DNA from: an uncultured Acidobacteriota bacterium
Lineage (GTDB): Bacteria > Acidobacteriota > Thermoanaerobaculia > Gp7-AA8
NCBI GenBank assembly: GCA_963741955.1
Contig: CAVUKB010000007.1
Span: forward strand, 512,001 to 576,000
Length of the DNA: 64,000 nt
Direction: 5' to 3'
Of the stretch, positions 41,006 through 51,624 are shown one piece after another. The stretch's first letter is position 1. Each line of letters begins with the position of its first letter. The notes under the pieces were generated by a model. The model did not search any database. It was not told where the DNA came from and saw nothing but the letters and a program-made list of their open reading frames with translations. A program made the position numbers and the translations under genes.

Positions 41006-42541
41006 ATGCCAAATGCCTCGAGAGTTCTGAACGCGCAGCTTCGTAGCAGGATCATGTCGGCCGAGGAGGCTGCGGCTCTGATCCACTCGGGAGTGAACGT
41101 CGGGATGAGTGGATTCACCGGGGCCGGATACCCGAAGGCGGTTCCGTATGCGCTCGCGCGCCGGATCATGGAATCGAATCTCTCCGGACAGAAATTCAAG
41201 ATCGGGGTCTTCACCGGAGCGTCGACCGCCCCCGAGCTCGATGGTGCGCTCGCGATGGTCGACGGCGTTCAGCTTCGCCTCCCGTATCAGTCGGATCCCA
41301 CCTGCCGGACGAGGATCAACGCGGGTGAGATGGATTATCTCGACATTCACCTCAGCCACGTCGCGCAGTTCGTCTGGTTCGGATTCCTCGGCAAACTCGA
41401 CTTCGCGGTGGTGGAAGTCGCCGGGATTCTCGAGGACGGCAGACTCGTTCCTTCCTCCTCCGTCGGCAACAACAAGACCTGGCTCGATCAGGCGGACAAG
41501 GTCATTCTGGAGGTCAACTCCTGGCAGAGCGAGAAGCTCGAGGGGATGCACGACATCTACTACGGGACGGCATTACCACCGCATCGGAAGCCGATTCCGA
41601 TCGTCAGACCGGACGACCGCATCGGAACGCCCTATTTCCACTGTCCGGCGGAGAAGATCGTCGCAGTGGTGGAGACCGACGCTCCCGATCGGAATGCCCC
41701 CTTCTCCCCTCCCGACGCCGCGTCGAAGAAGATTGCGGAGAACATTCTCGAGTTTCTCGCGAGCGAAGTGAAGAAGGGGCGGATGCCGGAGAACCTCCTT
41801 CCGATGCAGTCCGGTGTCGGCAACATCGCGAACGCCGTCCTGGTCGGGCTGAACGAGGGGACCTTCGAGAACCTCACGTCGTACACCGAAGTGCTGCAGG
41901 ACGGAATGCTCGATCTGATCCGATCGGGGAAGCTTCGGATGGCCTCGGCCACTGCGTTCTCGCTCAGCCCCTCCGCTCTCGACTCTCTTTACGCGGACCT
42001 CGATCTCTACCGCGAGCGGATTCTCCTCAGGCCTCAGGAGATCAGCAATCATCCGGAGGTGATCCGGAGGCTCGGCTGCCTGGCGATGAACGGGATGATC
42101 GAGGCGGACATCTACGGCAACGTGAATTCGACGCACGTGATGGGGACGAAGATCCAGAACGGCATCGGCGGATCGGGCGACTTCGCGCGAAACGCGTACC
42201 TGTCGTTCTTCATGACTCCGTCCACTGCGAAGAACGGAGCGATCTCCTGCATCGTTCCGATGGTCTCGCACGTCGATCACACCGAGCACGACGTGCAGGT
42301 GATCGTCACCGAACAGGGGCTGGCCGACCTTCGGGGACTCTCGCCGCGGCAGCGCGCGAAGGTCGTGATCGAGAACTGCACGCATCCGGACTACCGACCG
42401 GCGCTTCGCGAGTACTACCGGCGCGCGCTCGAGCTTTCTCCCGGCAAGCACACGCCCCACCTTCTCGGGGAGGCGTTCGACTGGCACCTGCGGTTCATGC
42501 GGACCGGCTCGATGGCGGATGCGGGCGTCCCGGCTCGCTGA
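41006..42541 (+). CDS. Acetyl-CoA hydrolase/transferase-family CoA-transferase
   Basis: SGFTGAGYPK, QSGVG, YTEVLQD, NGIGGSGDF and VTEQG. Confidence 0.95.
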   Translation: MPNASRVLNAQLRSRIMSAEEAAALIHSGVNVGMSGFTGAGYPKAVPYALARRIMESNLSGQKFKIGVFTGASTAPELDGALAMVDGVQLRLPYQSDPTCRTRINAGEMDYLDIHLSHVAQFVWFGFLGKLDFAVVEVAGILEDGRLVPSSSVGNNKTWLDQADKVILEVNSWQSEKLEGMHDIYYGTALPPHRKPIPIVRPDDRIGTPYFHCPAEKIVAVVETDAPDRNAPFSPPDAASKKIAENILEFLASEVKKGRMPENLLPMQSGVGNIANAVLVGLNEGTFENLTSYTEVLQDGMLDLIRSGKLRMASATAFSLSPSALDSLYADLDLYRERILLRPQEISNHPEVIRRLGCLAMNGMIEADIYGNVNSTHVMGTKIQNGIGGSGDFARNAYLSFFMTPSTAKNGAISCIVPMVSHVDHTEHDVQVIVTEQGLADLRGLSPRQRAKVVIENCTHPDYRPALREYYRRALELSPGKHTPHLLGEAFDWHLRFMRTGSMADAGVPAR

Positions 42542-42555
42542 GCGGAGGGGAGAAC

Positions 42556-42587
42556 AAAAAAAGGGAGAGGCCGAAGCCTCTCCCTTT
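42556..42587. terminator. Bidirectional intrinsic terminator
   Basis: A-run followed by GGGAGAGG-CCGAAG-CCTCTCCC-TTT, between convergent genes. Confidence 0.85.
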
Positions 42588-42606
42588 CGTGTCGATATCC
42601 GGATCT

Positions 42607-42810
42607 TTAGATCGCGGTGACGTTCGCAGCCTGCAGGCCCTTCGGGCCGCTGACCACGTCGAACTCGACCGCGGCGCCCTCGGCGAGGCTACGGAAGCCA
42701 TTGCCCTGGATCGCGGAGAAGTGAACGAAGACATCGTCACCATCACTCGTGGTGATGAAGCCGAAGCCCTTCGCGTCGTTGAACCACTTCACATTACCGG
42801 TTTTACGCAT
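42607..42810 (-). CDS. Cold-shock protein
   Basis: [13 protein letters not shown] and DVFVHFSAI; 67 aa. Confidence 0.97.
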   Translation of the reverse strand: MRKTGNVKWFNDAKGFGFITTSDGDDVFVHFSAIQGNGFRSLAEGAAVEFDVVSGPKGLQAANVTAI

Positions 42811-43038
42811 CATGAATCTCCTTTCTGTGCTGCCTGACTCGGAGATCCTGAAGCGATTCATCGTCTCGCGCGTGCGGCAAATCACGTGATGATGTCCAGT
42901 GAAACGCCGCCCCCCGAGAGCGAATTCCCGGCCGCCTGGAAGGTCTCGAGCAGAAATTCGGGTCTGGAAAATGAGCCGCCATTCACTTCGGCGAGGGCGC
43001 CGCTCCAGCCGCCTCCCGCTTCCCAGCTGCCGCGACTC

Positions 43039-44628
43039 TCATCGATCGGGTGGATCGTCTTCGGAATCCTCCGGCCGTTCCTCGTCGCCATCTTCAATCG
43101 CCAGGAGGCGCGCATCGAGGCTGGCCATGAGGGAGTGATAGGAACTTCGGCCCAGGAGTCCCCGCCGGAACTGCTCGATCAGCATCTCCTTCTGCACCAG
43201 CAGAAGATGCCGCCGTGCGGCGTGGATCTCTTCGTCGCGAAGTTGCTGCTCCTCGACGTGCAGTGACGCAAGCTGCTCTTCACTCTTCCGCTCCTGTTCT
43301 TCGTAATCGCTCTGGAGGTGATCGACCGTCGCGGCGGGAAGTGCGAGCTCCCGGCTGATGCGTGGGATCTGCTCGCGCGCCGCCCGCACAGCCATCAGCC
43401 TCCCGCGGCGCGTCTCGTATTCTTCGTGCAGCTCGCTCTGGGTCACGACGCCGAGGGCTCGAAGCAGAGGGGACATGGTCAGACCCTGGACGAGGATCGA
43501 GAGGACCACCACGCCGAATGTGATCGTCACGATCGTGTCGCGATGGGGGAATCCGGCTCCGAGCCCGAGCACCACGACCATCGACAGAGCGCCCCGGAGA
43601 CCGGCCCACGTCATCACCGCACACCATTTCCACGGAATGGCCTCGGCGGTCGGCCGGAGCAGCGCCGCGATCGAATAGACCACTACGCCCCGACTGACGG
43701 TCACCACGAGGTACGCGATCAGGATCGCGCCCCAGAATTCTCCCAGAGACTGGATCGGCACCGAGAACCCGATCAGAAGGAAGACGAACGAGTTCAAGGC
43801 GAACGCGAGGTATTCCCAGAAAGTCTCCACCGCAATCCGGGTGGTGGCGCTCATCCCGCTCCGAAGCGCGAAGTTCCCGCAGACCAGGCCCGCGCTCACC
43901 GTGGCGATCACACCCGAGCCATGAAAATGCTCCGCAAGGAGGAATGATCCGTACGCCGCGATGGTGGTGAGGGTGATCTCGATCATCGGATCGTCGACCC
44001 GCGCAATGACCGTCGAGACGACCAGTCCGGTGACGCTTCCGATCAGCACGCCGAGACCGACGATGCGGAAGAAGTCGAGGGCCAGACCGCTCGGGGAGAG
44101 CGATCCGCCGGAAACCGCTGCGACGATGAGGGTGAACAGCACCAGGGCAGTCCCGTCGTTGAGCAGACTCTCGCCTTCGACGAGAACCCGGAGCCGCCGC
44201 GGCGCACCGAGAGATTTGAAGAGGCCGACCACGGCGATCGGATCCGTCGCGGCGACGACTGCGCCGAACACTAGCCCCAACGAGAACGGCACCGGGGCGA
44301 GGAGGTTGGTCGCCGCCGAGATGCCGGCGAGGAGCGAAGCGATGACGAAGATCGTCGCAACCACTCCGACGATCGCCAGGGAATGGATCGCGAGCTTGTT
44401 GTTCCAGAAGTCGGAGAAATCGAGATGGAACGCGGCCTCGAAGAGAAGGCCGGGGAGGATCACGGCATAAAGCAGATGTTGCGTGAGGTGAGGCGCTTCG
44501 AAAGCGTGAAGCGTACCGAGCACCACGCCGGTCACGACCAGCGCGACGGTGTAGGGAATCTTCAGCCGGCGCGCGAGGAGAGCGACGACCGTCGCGACCG
44601 CGAAGAGGAGAAGAATCACGATCTCCAT
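43039..44628 (-). CDS. CPA1-family Na+/H+ antiporter
   Basis: ATDPIAV, GESLLNDG and GLRGALS. Confidence 0.93.
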   Translation of the reverse strand: MEIVILLLFAVATVVALLARRLKIPYTVALVVTGVVLGTLHAFEAPHLTQHLLYAVILPGLLFEAAFHLDFSDFWNNKLAIHSLAIVGVVATIFVIASLLAGISAATNLLAPVPFSLGLVFGAVVAATDPIAVVGLFKSLGAPRRLRVLVEGESLLNDGTALVLFTLIVAAVSGGSLSPSGLALDFFRIVGLGVLIGSVTGLVVSTVIARVDDPMIEITLTTIAAYGSFLLAEHFHGSGVIATVSAGLVCGNFALRSGMSATTRIAVETFWEYLAFALNSFVFLLIGFSVPIQSLGEFWGAILIAYLVVTVSRGVVVYSIAALLRPTAEAIPWKWCAVMTWAGLRGALSMVVVLGLGAGFPHRDTIVTITFGVVVLSILVQGLTMSPLLRALGVVTQSELHEEYETRRGRLMAVRAAREQIPRISRELALPAATVDHLQSDYEEQERKSEEQLASLHVEEQQLRDEEIHAARRHLLLVQKEMLIEQFRRGLLGRSSYHSLMASLDARLLAIEDGDEERPEDSEDDPPDR

Positions 44629-46666
44629 GACGGGTGAACGATACCAGAGACGGGAAGGGCGCTCCCGGAGAAGCGCCCTTCATGAGTGACTTGCGCGGGA
44701 ACTCAGTAATGGATCCGGAGTCCGAGCTGAGCCAGACGCTGCTCGCCTTGTCCCGGATCGCCGGCATATGCGTGAGCGACGCCGAAGCGGTCGAAGGCCG
44801 CAGGGTTGGTCGAATTGAAGAGGTTGAAGATTTCACCGATCAGCTCGAATCCGACGCCCTGCAGCTTGATCTCTTTCGAGATGCGGACGTCGACCTGAGA
44901 GAACGAGTCGCCCCGTGCGCTGTTGACGTGGCTGATGCCGGGCGCGAGATCGTTGCGGAAGCTGTCTCCATTGAGGTCGACTCCGTCCGCGTTCACGACG
45001 GTGTAGGGAAGAGCGGAACGGTAGCGGCCGATCCCGGACAGGTTGATGCCGAACGGCGCCGAGTAGATGACGCTCAGAGTGGCGCGATGTCGTGCATCGG
45101 TATTCAGAGGACCGACACAGGCGCTGCAGAGGGGATCGAGAGAATTGATGGACGCGTCGCGTCCCAGACGGTGGAAATCGGGCTGATGTCCGCCATCCGT
45201 GATGCGGAACTCGTCGGCTCCGGCGATGAGATTCCCTTTCGCCTTCGAGTAGGTGTAGAAGCCCTGGAGCTGAACCTTCTCCGAGACTCGGGCATGGGCG
45301 CCGAGGTTGAATCCGTCGTAGTCCGCCTTTCCTTTGCCATACCAGAGGCGGAAGTTGCCGAAGTCGGAGAAGCGGCGGTCGGCCATCGGGTTGCCGTTTG
45401 CGTCCAGCGTCGGGTTCGCACGGAACCGGAACGGGAGATCACGGTACCGAATGCTGACCGCATCGAAGGTCAGGCCGAGCCATGACGTCGCCTCCCACGA
45501 GTAGCCGAGCGACGCCTGGGTCGATTTCGGAGTCGCGAGAGTCGGCGAGGCGACTTCGTTCGGAGGGAAGGAGCCGAGCCCCGGCAGCGTGTTCGGAGGG
45601 AGCGGCTGTCCCGGACGGAAGAACGTGCCGTCCGGATTCCGGATGCCGTTCGAGTCGTGCACGTTGTACGCGACACCGTAATTGGACTGCACCGCGGCCG
45701 CGGGGAAGAGGATCGTCGCGTTGGTATAAGGGAAGTCGTAGTAGATTCCCCATCCGCCGCGAACGATGTGCTTGCCGGATCCATTCAGGTCGTATGTGAA
45801 GCCGAGTCGCGGTCCCCAGTTGTTCTTGTCATTCTTCAGCTGACCGCCCTTGCCACCCTGGAAATCGCGCAGGTAGTACTCGTTGTAGGTGGTCTGGGTC
45901 GAGAGCTCCTGCCAGATCGGATTCGAAGTCTGGTTCAGATCGAATCCGGTCCAGAGATCGTAGCGGAGCCCGAGATTCAGAATCAGGCGGTCGTTGACCG
46001 TCCAGTCATCCTGAACGTAGGCGTTGTACTGATCGACCGGAGTGTGATCGCCGAAGAAGCCGCCGTACACCGTGATGTCGGTGACCGGGGAATCGATGCT
46101 GTCATTCAGCATCGCTTACTGTCCATTGAGGCCGGTCGAGAAGTCGCCGCCGAGAATCGGTTCGTGGATGTAATTCGCACCAGTCTTGAAGTCGTGCCGC
46201 TGTCCGAAGAGATTGGTGGACCAGCTGAAATCGTCTTTGAACTGCGCCTTCTCCTGATGGGTGGACTGCGGCGTGTTCACGTTCTGGCCGGTTACGACTC
46301 CCGACGGAAAGTAGAGGTTAGGGTCATTGGAGTCGGCCGATATGGTGTTGTCGAAGCGAGTCCACTGGAACAGCGCGTCGTTGAGCATGTCGTGGCCGAC
46401 CTGTGCGGTATGGCCGCCGAGGATCGACTTGTAGTTGTTGGATACGGTCCCGAGTGCGCTCGGTGTCGCGAGAGAGCTGGCGCCGTATTTGTCGCTGTTC
46501 TTCTGGTAGCCGTAGCGGACCTGAAGATACTGCTTGGCAGAGATGTCGTACGTGGCCTTTGCCGTCCCGAGCTCGTCGCTGAACGGAAGACCGTACGAGC
46601 GGCCGTCGAACTCGGGGAAGATTCCTCCCGTATCGACGGTGTACGCGGTGTCGCGGTCGGTTTTTT

Positions 46667-48250
46667 GGTTCTCCTAACAGGTGTGTAGGTGCGGAATGAT
46701 TGTCGGAGGCATGCAGGAACGGCGACGCGGCTGTTTTCGAGGAGCAAGTCGGTGTTCGCCGAAGCGTTCGGAAAGCGAAGTTGTGGAAACCGCGGAAAAC
46801 GCCGCCACCCGGCCGCCGCGTTTTCCGCCGTTCCCACAACTTGCCCCGCCGTCGCGGAAGGATCTGAAGGAGCCCCGAAAGTCGCTGCTCGTGGAGAGGT
46901 GAAGATCGAAGCAGCGATAGCAGGTTGGAATCGGCGAACCGTGCTGCCCATTTCCCGTAGTCTGTAGTCGATGAAACCAAGACACGGGGAGGACAGGCAC
47001 GGTGCGCCTGACGACATTGTTCCGGAAGTTGCTCAACATGGCAAACGTAACGGTTCGCGGGGTTCGGTTCGAAGCTCGGAGTCTCTATCTCGACGTGAGT
47101 CCAACGTGGAGACGTCCGCGGTGCGGAGGGTGCGGACGGGTTGCTCCCGAGCTTCACGGAACGGTGATGAAGCATCGCGAATGGCGTCATCTCGGCCTCT
47201 GGGGATGCCGGGTGATGCTGCGGGCGGATCTGCCGCGGGTGCGTTGCCGCCGCTGCGGGGTGCGAACGGCCGCGGTTCCGTGGGCACGGCCTGGTTCGAT
47301 GTTCACCCGCGCGTTCGAAGACGAGCTTGCCTGGTTTCTGCAGCGATCCAATCAAACCGCGGTCTCGGCGTACTTCAAGGTCAGCTGGCTCACGGCCGGA
47401 CGGATCGCCGCTCGAGTGGTTGCCGAAAAACGCGACCCGAACGCGCTCGAGAATCTGACCCGGATCGGCATCGACGAGATCTGCTGGGGGCGGCCGAAGA
47501 AGTTCATGACCGTGGTCACGAACCACGAGACCGGGCAGATGATCTGGGCGGCGAAGGGTAAAAGTGCAGAGGTTCTCGACGGGCTGTTCGATCTGCTCGG
47601 CCCCGAGCGCTGCGCGCGAATCCGTCTGGTGAGCATCGACATGAGCGCGGCCTTCGAGAAAGCTGTTCGCGACCGACTGCCGAACGCCGAGGTCGTTTTC
47701 GATCGGTTCCACGTGGTCCAACTCCTCGGGAATGCGATCGATCAGGTGAGGCGGGACGAGATGCGAAAGGCCACCGGCGAGGAGCGCTCCGCTCTCAAAT
47801 CCACTCGGTTCGTCCTCCTGAAGAACCCCTGGAACCTGCGTGATGCCGAGGAGGCGAAACTCTCGGAGCTCGCGCGGATGAATCACACCCTCTTTCGCAG
47901 TTACCTGGTCAAGGAATCCTTTCAGGACATCTATGACTCCTCGTCCGTCCGCCAAGCTGATCGACGGTTCAAGCGCTGGTATCAGTCCGCGGTTCATAGC
48001 CGCATTCAACCCCTCGTTCGCTTCGCGCGAACCGTCGCGGCGAAATGGCCTGGCATCCGCCGTTACTTCGAGTATCGACTCACGAATGCAGTTGCTGAAG
48101 GCTGCAACAACAAGATCCGAATGCTCAGTCACCGCGCTTTCGGCTTTCACACCGCGGAAGCTCTGATCGCAATGGCGTTCCTCTGTACGTCAGCAATCGC
48201 ATTCCATCCTCTCGGCCTATGAACTCTGCTACACACCTGTTAGGAGATCC
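46667..48250 (+). mobile_element. ISL3-family element, copy 2 (1584 bp)
   Basis: Same IRs and length as copy 1; target duplication GGTTTTTT at 46659-46666 and 48251-48258. Confidence 0.96.
47002..48222 (+). CDS. ISL3-family transposase
   Basis: Translation identical to 17994-19214. Confidence 0.96.
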   Translation: MRLTTLFRKLLNMANVTVRGVRFEARSLYLDVSPTWRRPRCGGCGRVAPELHGTVMKHREWRHLGLWGCRVMLRADLPRVRCRRCGVRTAAVPWARPGSMFTRAFEDELAWFLQRSNQTAVSAYFKVSWLTAGRIAARVVAEKRDPNALENLTRIGIDEICWGRPKKFMTVVTNHETGQMIWAAKGKSAEVLDGLFDLLGPERCARIRLVSIDMSAAFEKAVRDRLPNAEVVFDRFHVVQLLGNAIDQVRRDEMRKATGEERSALKSTRFVLLKNPWNLRDAEEAKLSELARMNHTLFRSYLVKESFQDIYDSSSVRQADRRFKRWYQSAVHSRIQPLVRFARTVAAKWPGIRRYFEYRLTNAVAEGCNNKIRMLSHRAFGFHTAEALIAMAFLCTSAIAFHPLGL

Positions 48251-49206
48251 GGTTTTTTCCCAGGTCATGAAGAAGTGGGCCCGGTCGCGCACGATCGGTC
48301 CGCCGAACGAGAGTCCGTACTGCTTGCGCTGGTACGCCTGCTTGCTGATTCCGGCGAGCTCCTCACTCCTGCTCTTGTCGTTGAGACTCTTGTCGCGGAA
48401 GAAGCCGTAAGCGCTTCCTTCGAACTGGTTGGTACCCGTCTTGGTGACGACCGTGAGAACGCCGCCCGTGGTGCGTCCGTACTCGGCCTTGTACTGCTGG
48501 GTCTGAATGTTGAACTCCTGGACCGCTTCGAGGTTGAAGTTCTGGAGGGCGCCGCCGATCGTATCGTCGGTGTTGTCGCCGCCGTCGATGATGAAGTTGA
48601 CGTTACGGCCGCTGCCGCCGTTCATCGCGATGGTGAGCTGTCCCGGCTTGGTCGGATCGGAATTGACCGACAGCTGGGTTCCCGGGGCGAGAGAACCGAG
48701 ATTCGCGAACTGGCGACCATTCAGCGGAAGATTCTCCAGCTCTTTCCGGCTCACGACGGTGCCGATGGATGCGGTGTCCGCAACCAGCGGCGCCTCTGCG
48801 GTCACGGTGATGGATTCTTCGACTGCCGCCTGCTTGAGCGTGAGATCGAGCATACGGGTCGACGCGACGTTGACCACGACGTCGGTCATGATCAATTTTC
48901 CGAAGCCCGAGAGCTCCGCGGAAACCTTGTAGGTGCCGACCGGGATCGCCGCGAACCGATACGATCCGTCGTCGCCGGTGACGTCACTGCGTGTCACTCC
49001 GGTGGCCGAATTGGTGGCGATGACCGTGACGCCGGGTAATGCTGAATTGCTGCTGTCGATCACCCGTCCTTCGAGATTGCCGCTCGCAGTCTGTGCCTGC
49101 GAGGTGATCGGCCACGAGAGTAGGAAAACCAACGCGATGAAGAGGGGGAACCTGACCATCGGTCTGGACCTGGACATATTCGACTCTCCTTTGCACCCTT
49201 TCGGGT

Positions 49207-51405
49207 TCATTGTGGTTGGACTGCATTTCCAGGGTTGCGAAGCTGGGTTCGAGTGGTCCCGCCACTGAGGTGGGCCAGCAGGTGATTCGCGGCGCTGCGT
49301 TGTTCGGAGTATTCGGGGCGATCTCCGGCTGCATCGATGAATTGCCGGTACTGTGCGATGGCGGAGTCGCGCTCGCCGAGCATCTCCAGGGCGATTCCCC
49401 GGTTGAGAAGAATCTCGAGATCGGAAGGGGCGAGGGCGATGGCGCGGTCGAAGAGGGGAATGGCGGATCGCGGCCGGTCGCGCTGCACTTCGAGAGCTCC
49501 CAGGCCGTTGAGCGGGTCGGCGTAAGACGGTGAGATCTCGATGGCGCGCCGGTACGCCTTCTCTGCCTCGTCGAGCTTTCCGTTGCCCCGGTAGACGTTC
49601 CCGAGGTTGTTCCAGGCGTGCGCATTTTGTGGGTCGATCCGGAGAGCCTCCTCGAACTGCGCGATTGCGTCGTCGCCCTTTCCGCTCGCTGCCAGGGCGA
49701 TTCCGAGGGTGTTGTGCGCTTCCGGACGCCCGGGGTCGCGGCGGATCGCCTCCTCGATCGCGGTGGTGCTTTCCGCACTCCGGCCCGCCTCCTGAAAAGC
49801 AACGGCCAGGTTGTACCAGGCCTCCGGATCGTCGGGGTTGAGGGCGATCGTTTCCCGGTACAGCTCGATCGCACGATCCAGCTCCCCGTGCTGACGCAGG
49901 GCGCGCGCGAGGCTGCCGCGGAAGACCGGGTTGGCCGGATCGTCCTTCACCAGCCGTTCGAACGCGGCGATCGCCGCGGGCAGCCGGTGCTCGTTCATGG
50001 CCCACGTCGCCTGCTCGAATTCGCGGAAGAGCGGGACCATTTCCTTCGGGTCGCGGCCGGAGCCATTGCGAGCGGGGAGACTTCCCACGTATCCGAGGCT
50101 CGCGAGCTTTGCCGCTGATTCGGCGTCCATTGCGGGAGGCGGTGAAAGCGCTCGAGATTTGCGGAGAGAGGCGAGCTCGATTTTGAGGCTGTTCGCCTCG
50201 CGTCTTCGCTCCGTGCGGAGGTTCACACTTTCATGCGGATCGGATGAGAGATCGTAGAGTTCCGGAGTCGGAGCTTCGATGTACTTCGATCCGCCCTGCC
50301 GGATGGTGGCGAGGTCGCTCCACCCGAACACCGTCGGGTACTCCGTCTCCGCATAAAGCGTGTGGGAAGGAGGTTCGGTCCGGGCAAGGATCGCCGGAGA
50401 GAGATCGCGACCGTCTAGTTGGCCTACGAGAGGTCCGATACCGGCCAGTGAGACGATCGTCGGAGCGACGTCTGCGAGGCTGACCGGAGTCTGGAGGACG
50501 AGAGCGGACGGCACGTGTCCCGGCGCGTTGAAAAGCAGCGGGACCCGTATCGTCGGCTCATACAGAAGGAGGCCGTGCGTGAGCTCTCCATGCTCGCCGA
50601 GTGCTTCGCCATGGTCGGCGAGCACCACGATGAGCGTGTTCCTTCTCACTCCCGAGCGATCGAGCCGTTCGACCAGCCGTGCGATTTGTGAATCGACGAA
50701 ACTGATCTCGCCGTCGTAGGGGTGGTCCCTGTACTCGGTCCTGAATGGCTCCGGCGGTGTGTAGGGAGCGTGCGCGTCGTACATATGCACCCAGGCGAAG
50801 AACGGACGCGCGTCGGATCGCGACAGCCAGGCGAGAGCGTGGTCGACGACCACGTTCGCCGGGCGTTCCGCCTCGAAGTTGCTGATCAGATCGGGTCGTC
50901 GGTCGATTGCGTCGTCGTAGGTGGCGAATCCTCGAGCGAGACCGAAGCGGTGGTCGAGGACGAATGCCCCGACGAAAGCTGCGGTCCGGTATCCGGCGGC
51001 AGTGAATCGCGTGGCCAGCGTCGGGCGGTCGCCGGGAAACGATCCGTACCCGTTGTTCCGGACTCCGTGATCCGGTGGAATCTCGCCGGAGAGAATGGTT
51101 GCGTGTGACGGGAGGGTCAGAGGTACGGCAGTCATCGCATCGGCGAAACGGGTTCCTGACCTCGCCAGAGCGTCGATTGCAGGAGTTTGCGCGGTGCTGC
51201 CGCCCCATGCGCCGACGTGATCGGCGCGAACCGTGTCGATGGTGATCAGCAGGACATTGAGTTTCTCGTGCCGGGGTGCGACCCGCGCGCACGCAGTCAT
51301 TGAAAGGAGGACCAACAGAATGAGGGCGCGACGGATGGATCCTCTCCGCCCGGTGAGCCGGTCGACTCGATCGCCTGCGGAACGGCCGAAGCCTCTGTTT
51401 CCCAT
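49207..51405 (-). CDS. Sulfatase-like hydrolase with C-terminal TPR repeats
   Basis: LITIDTVRADH, PLTLPSH, YDAHAPY, DHGE and ELYDL, followed by TPRs. Start uncertain. Confidence 0.88.
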   Translation of the reverse strand: MGNRGFGRSAGDRVDRLTGRRGSIRRALILLVLLSMTACARVAPRHEKLNVLLITIDTVRADHVGAWGGSTAQTPAIDALARSGTRFADAMTAVPLTLPSHATILSGEIPPDHGVRNNGYGSFPGDRPTLATRFTAAGYRTAAFVGAFVLDHRFGLARGFATYDDAIDRRPDLISNFEAERPANVVVDHALAWLSRSDARPFFAWVHMYDAHAPYTPPEPFRTEYRDHPYDGEISFVDSQIARLVERLDRSGVRRNTLIVVLADHGEALGEHGELTHGLLLYEPTIRVPLLFNAPGHVPSALVLQTPVSLADVAPTIVSLAGIGPLVGQLDGRDLSPAILARTEPPSHTLYAETEYPTVFGWSDLATIRQGGSKYIEAPTPELYDLSSDPHESVNLRTERRREANSLKIELASLRKSRALSPPPAMDAESAAKLASLGYVGSLPARNGSGRDPKEMVPLFREFEQATWAMNEHRLPAAIAAFERLVKDDPANPVFRGSLARALRQHGELDRAIELYRETIALNPDDPEAWYNLAVAFQEAGRSAESTTAIEEAIRRDPGRPEAHNTLGIALAASGKGDDAIAQFEEALRIDPQNAHAWNNLGNVYRGNGKLDEAEKAYRRAIEISPSYADPLNGLGALEVQRDRPRSAIPLFDRAIALAPSDLEILLNRGIALEMLGERDSAIAQYRQFIDAAGDRPEYSEQRSAANHLLAHLSGGTTRTQLRNPGNAVQPQ

Positions 51406-51624
51406 CAAGATCGCGAGAATGGAGTGCCCCTTCCCGGGTGGCACTCGTGCACCAGACCTCAAATCCGGCACGAAGACGAGGTGAAGGTCTTCGCCGCCGT
51501 ACTATTGGAAATTCGTTGGTGGTCGGGAATTCTCGCTCGATTCGAAAACGGAAGCAAGAGAGAAGACTGCGGGGAGGGCCTTATTTCGACGGGCAGCTCT
51601 GCCGCCCAACGTCTCCGCCTTCGT

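Larger units (their letters stand above)
44703..49177 (-). pseudogene. Oar-like TonB-dependent receptor disrupted by ISL3 and an in-frame TAA
   Basis: Signal peptide, carboxypeptidase-regulatory-like domain, LPLNGRQF and YKAEYGR; removing the IS and one target duplication restores a 2883-bp frame with one internal stop at 46116-46118. Confidence 0.9.

Noticed and set aside
46116-46118. Stop-codon recoding in the TonB receptor
   Set aside because: TAA is not a Sec or Pyl codon, it ends other genes here normally, and the gene is already broken by an IS.
17659-48250. Composite transposon bounded by the two ISL3 copies
   Set aside because: Each copy has its own distinct 8-bp target duplication, and the interval contains core genes (ssrA, nadC, metH).
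48125-50005. 626-aa ORF as a real fusion protein
   Set aside because: It is a chimera of an off-frame stretch of the TPR gene, the receptor N-terminus (true start 49177) and read-through into ISL3.
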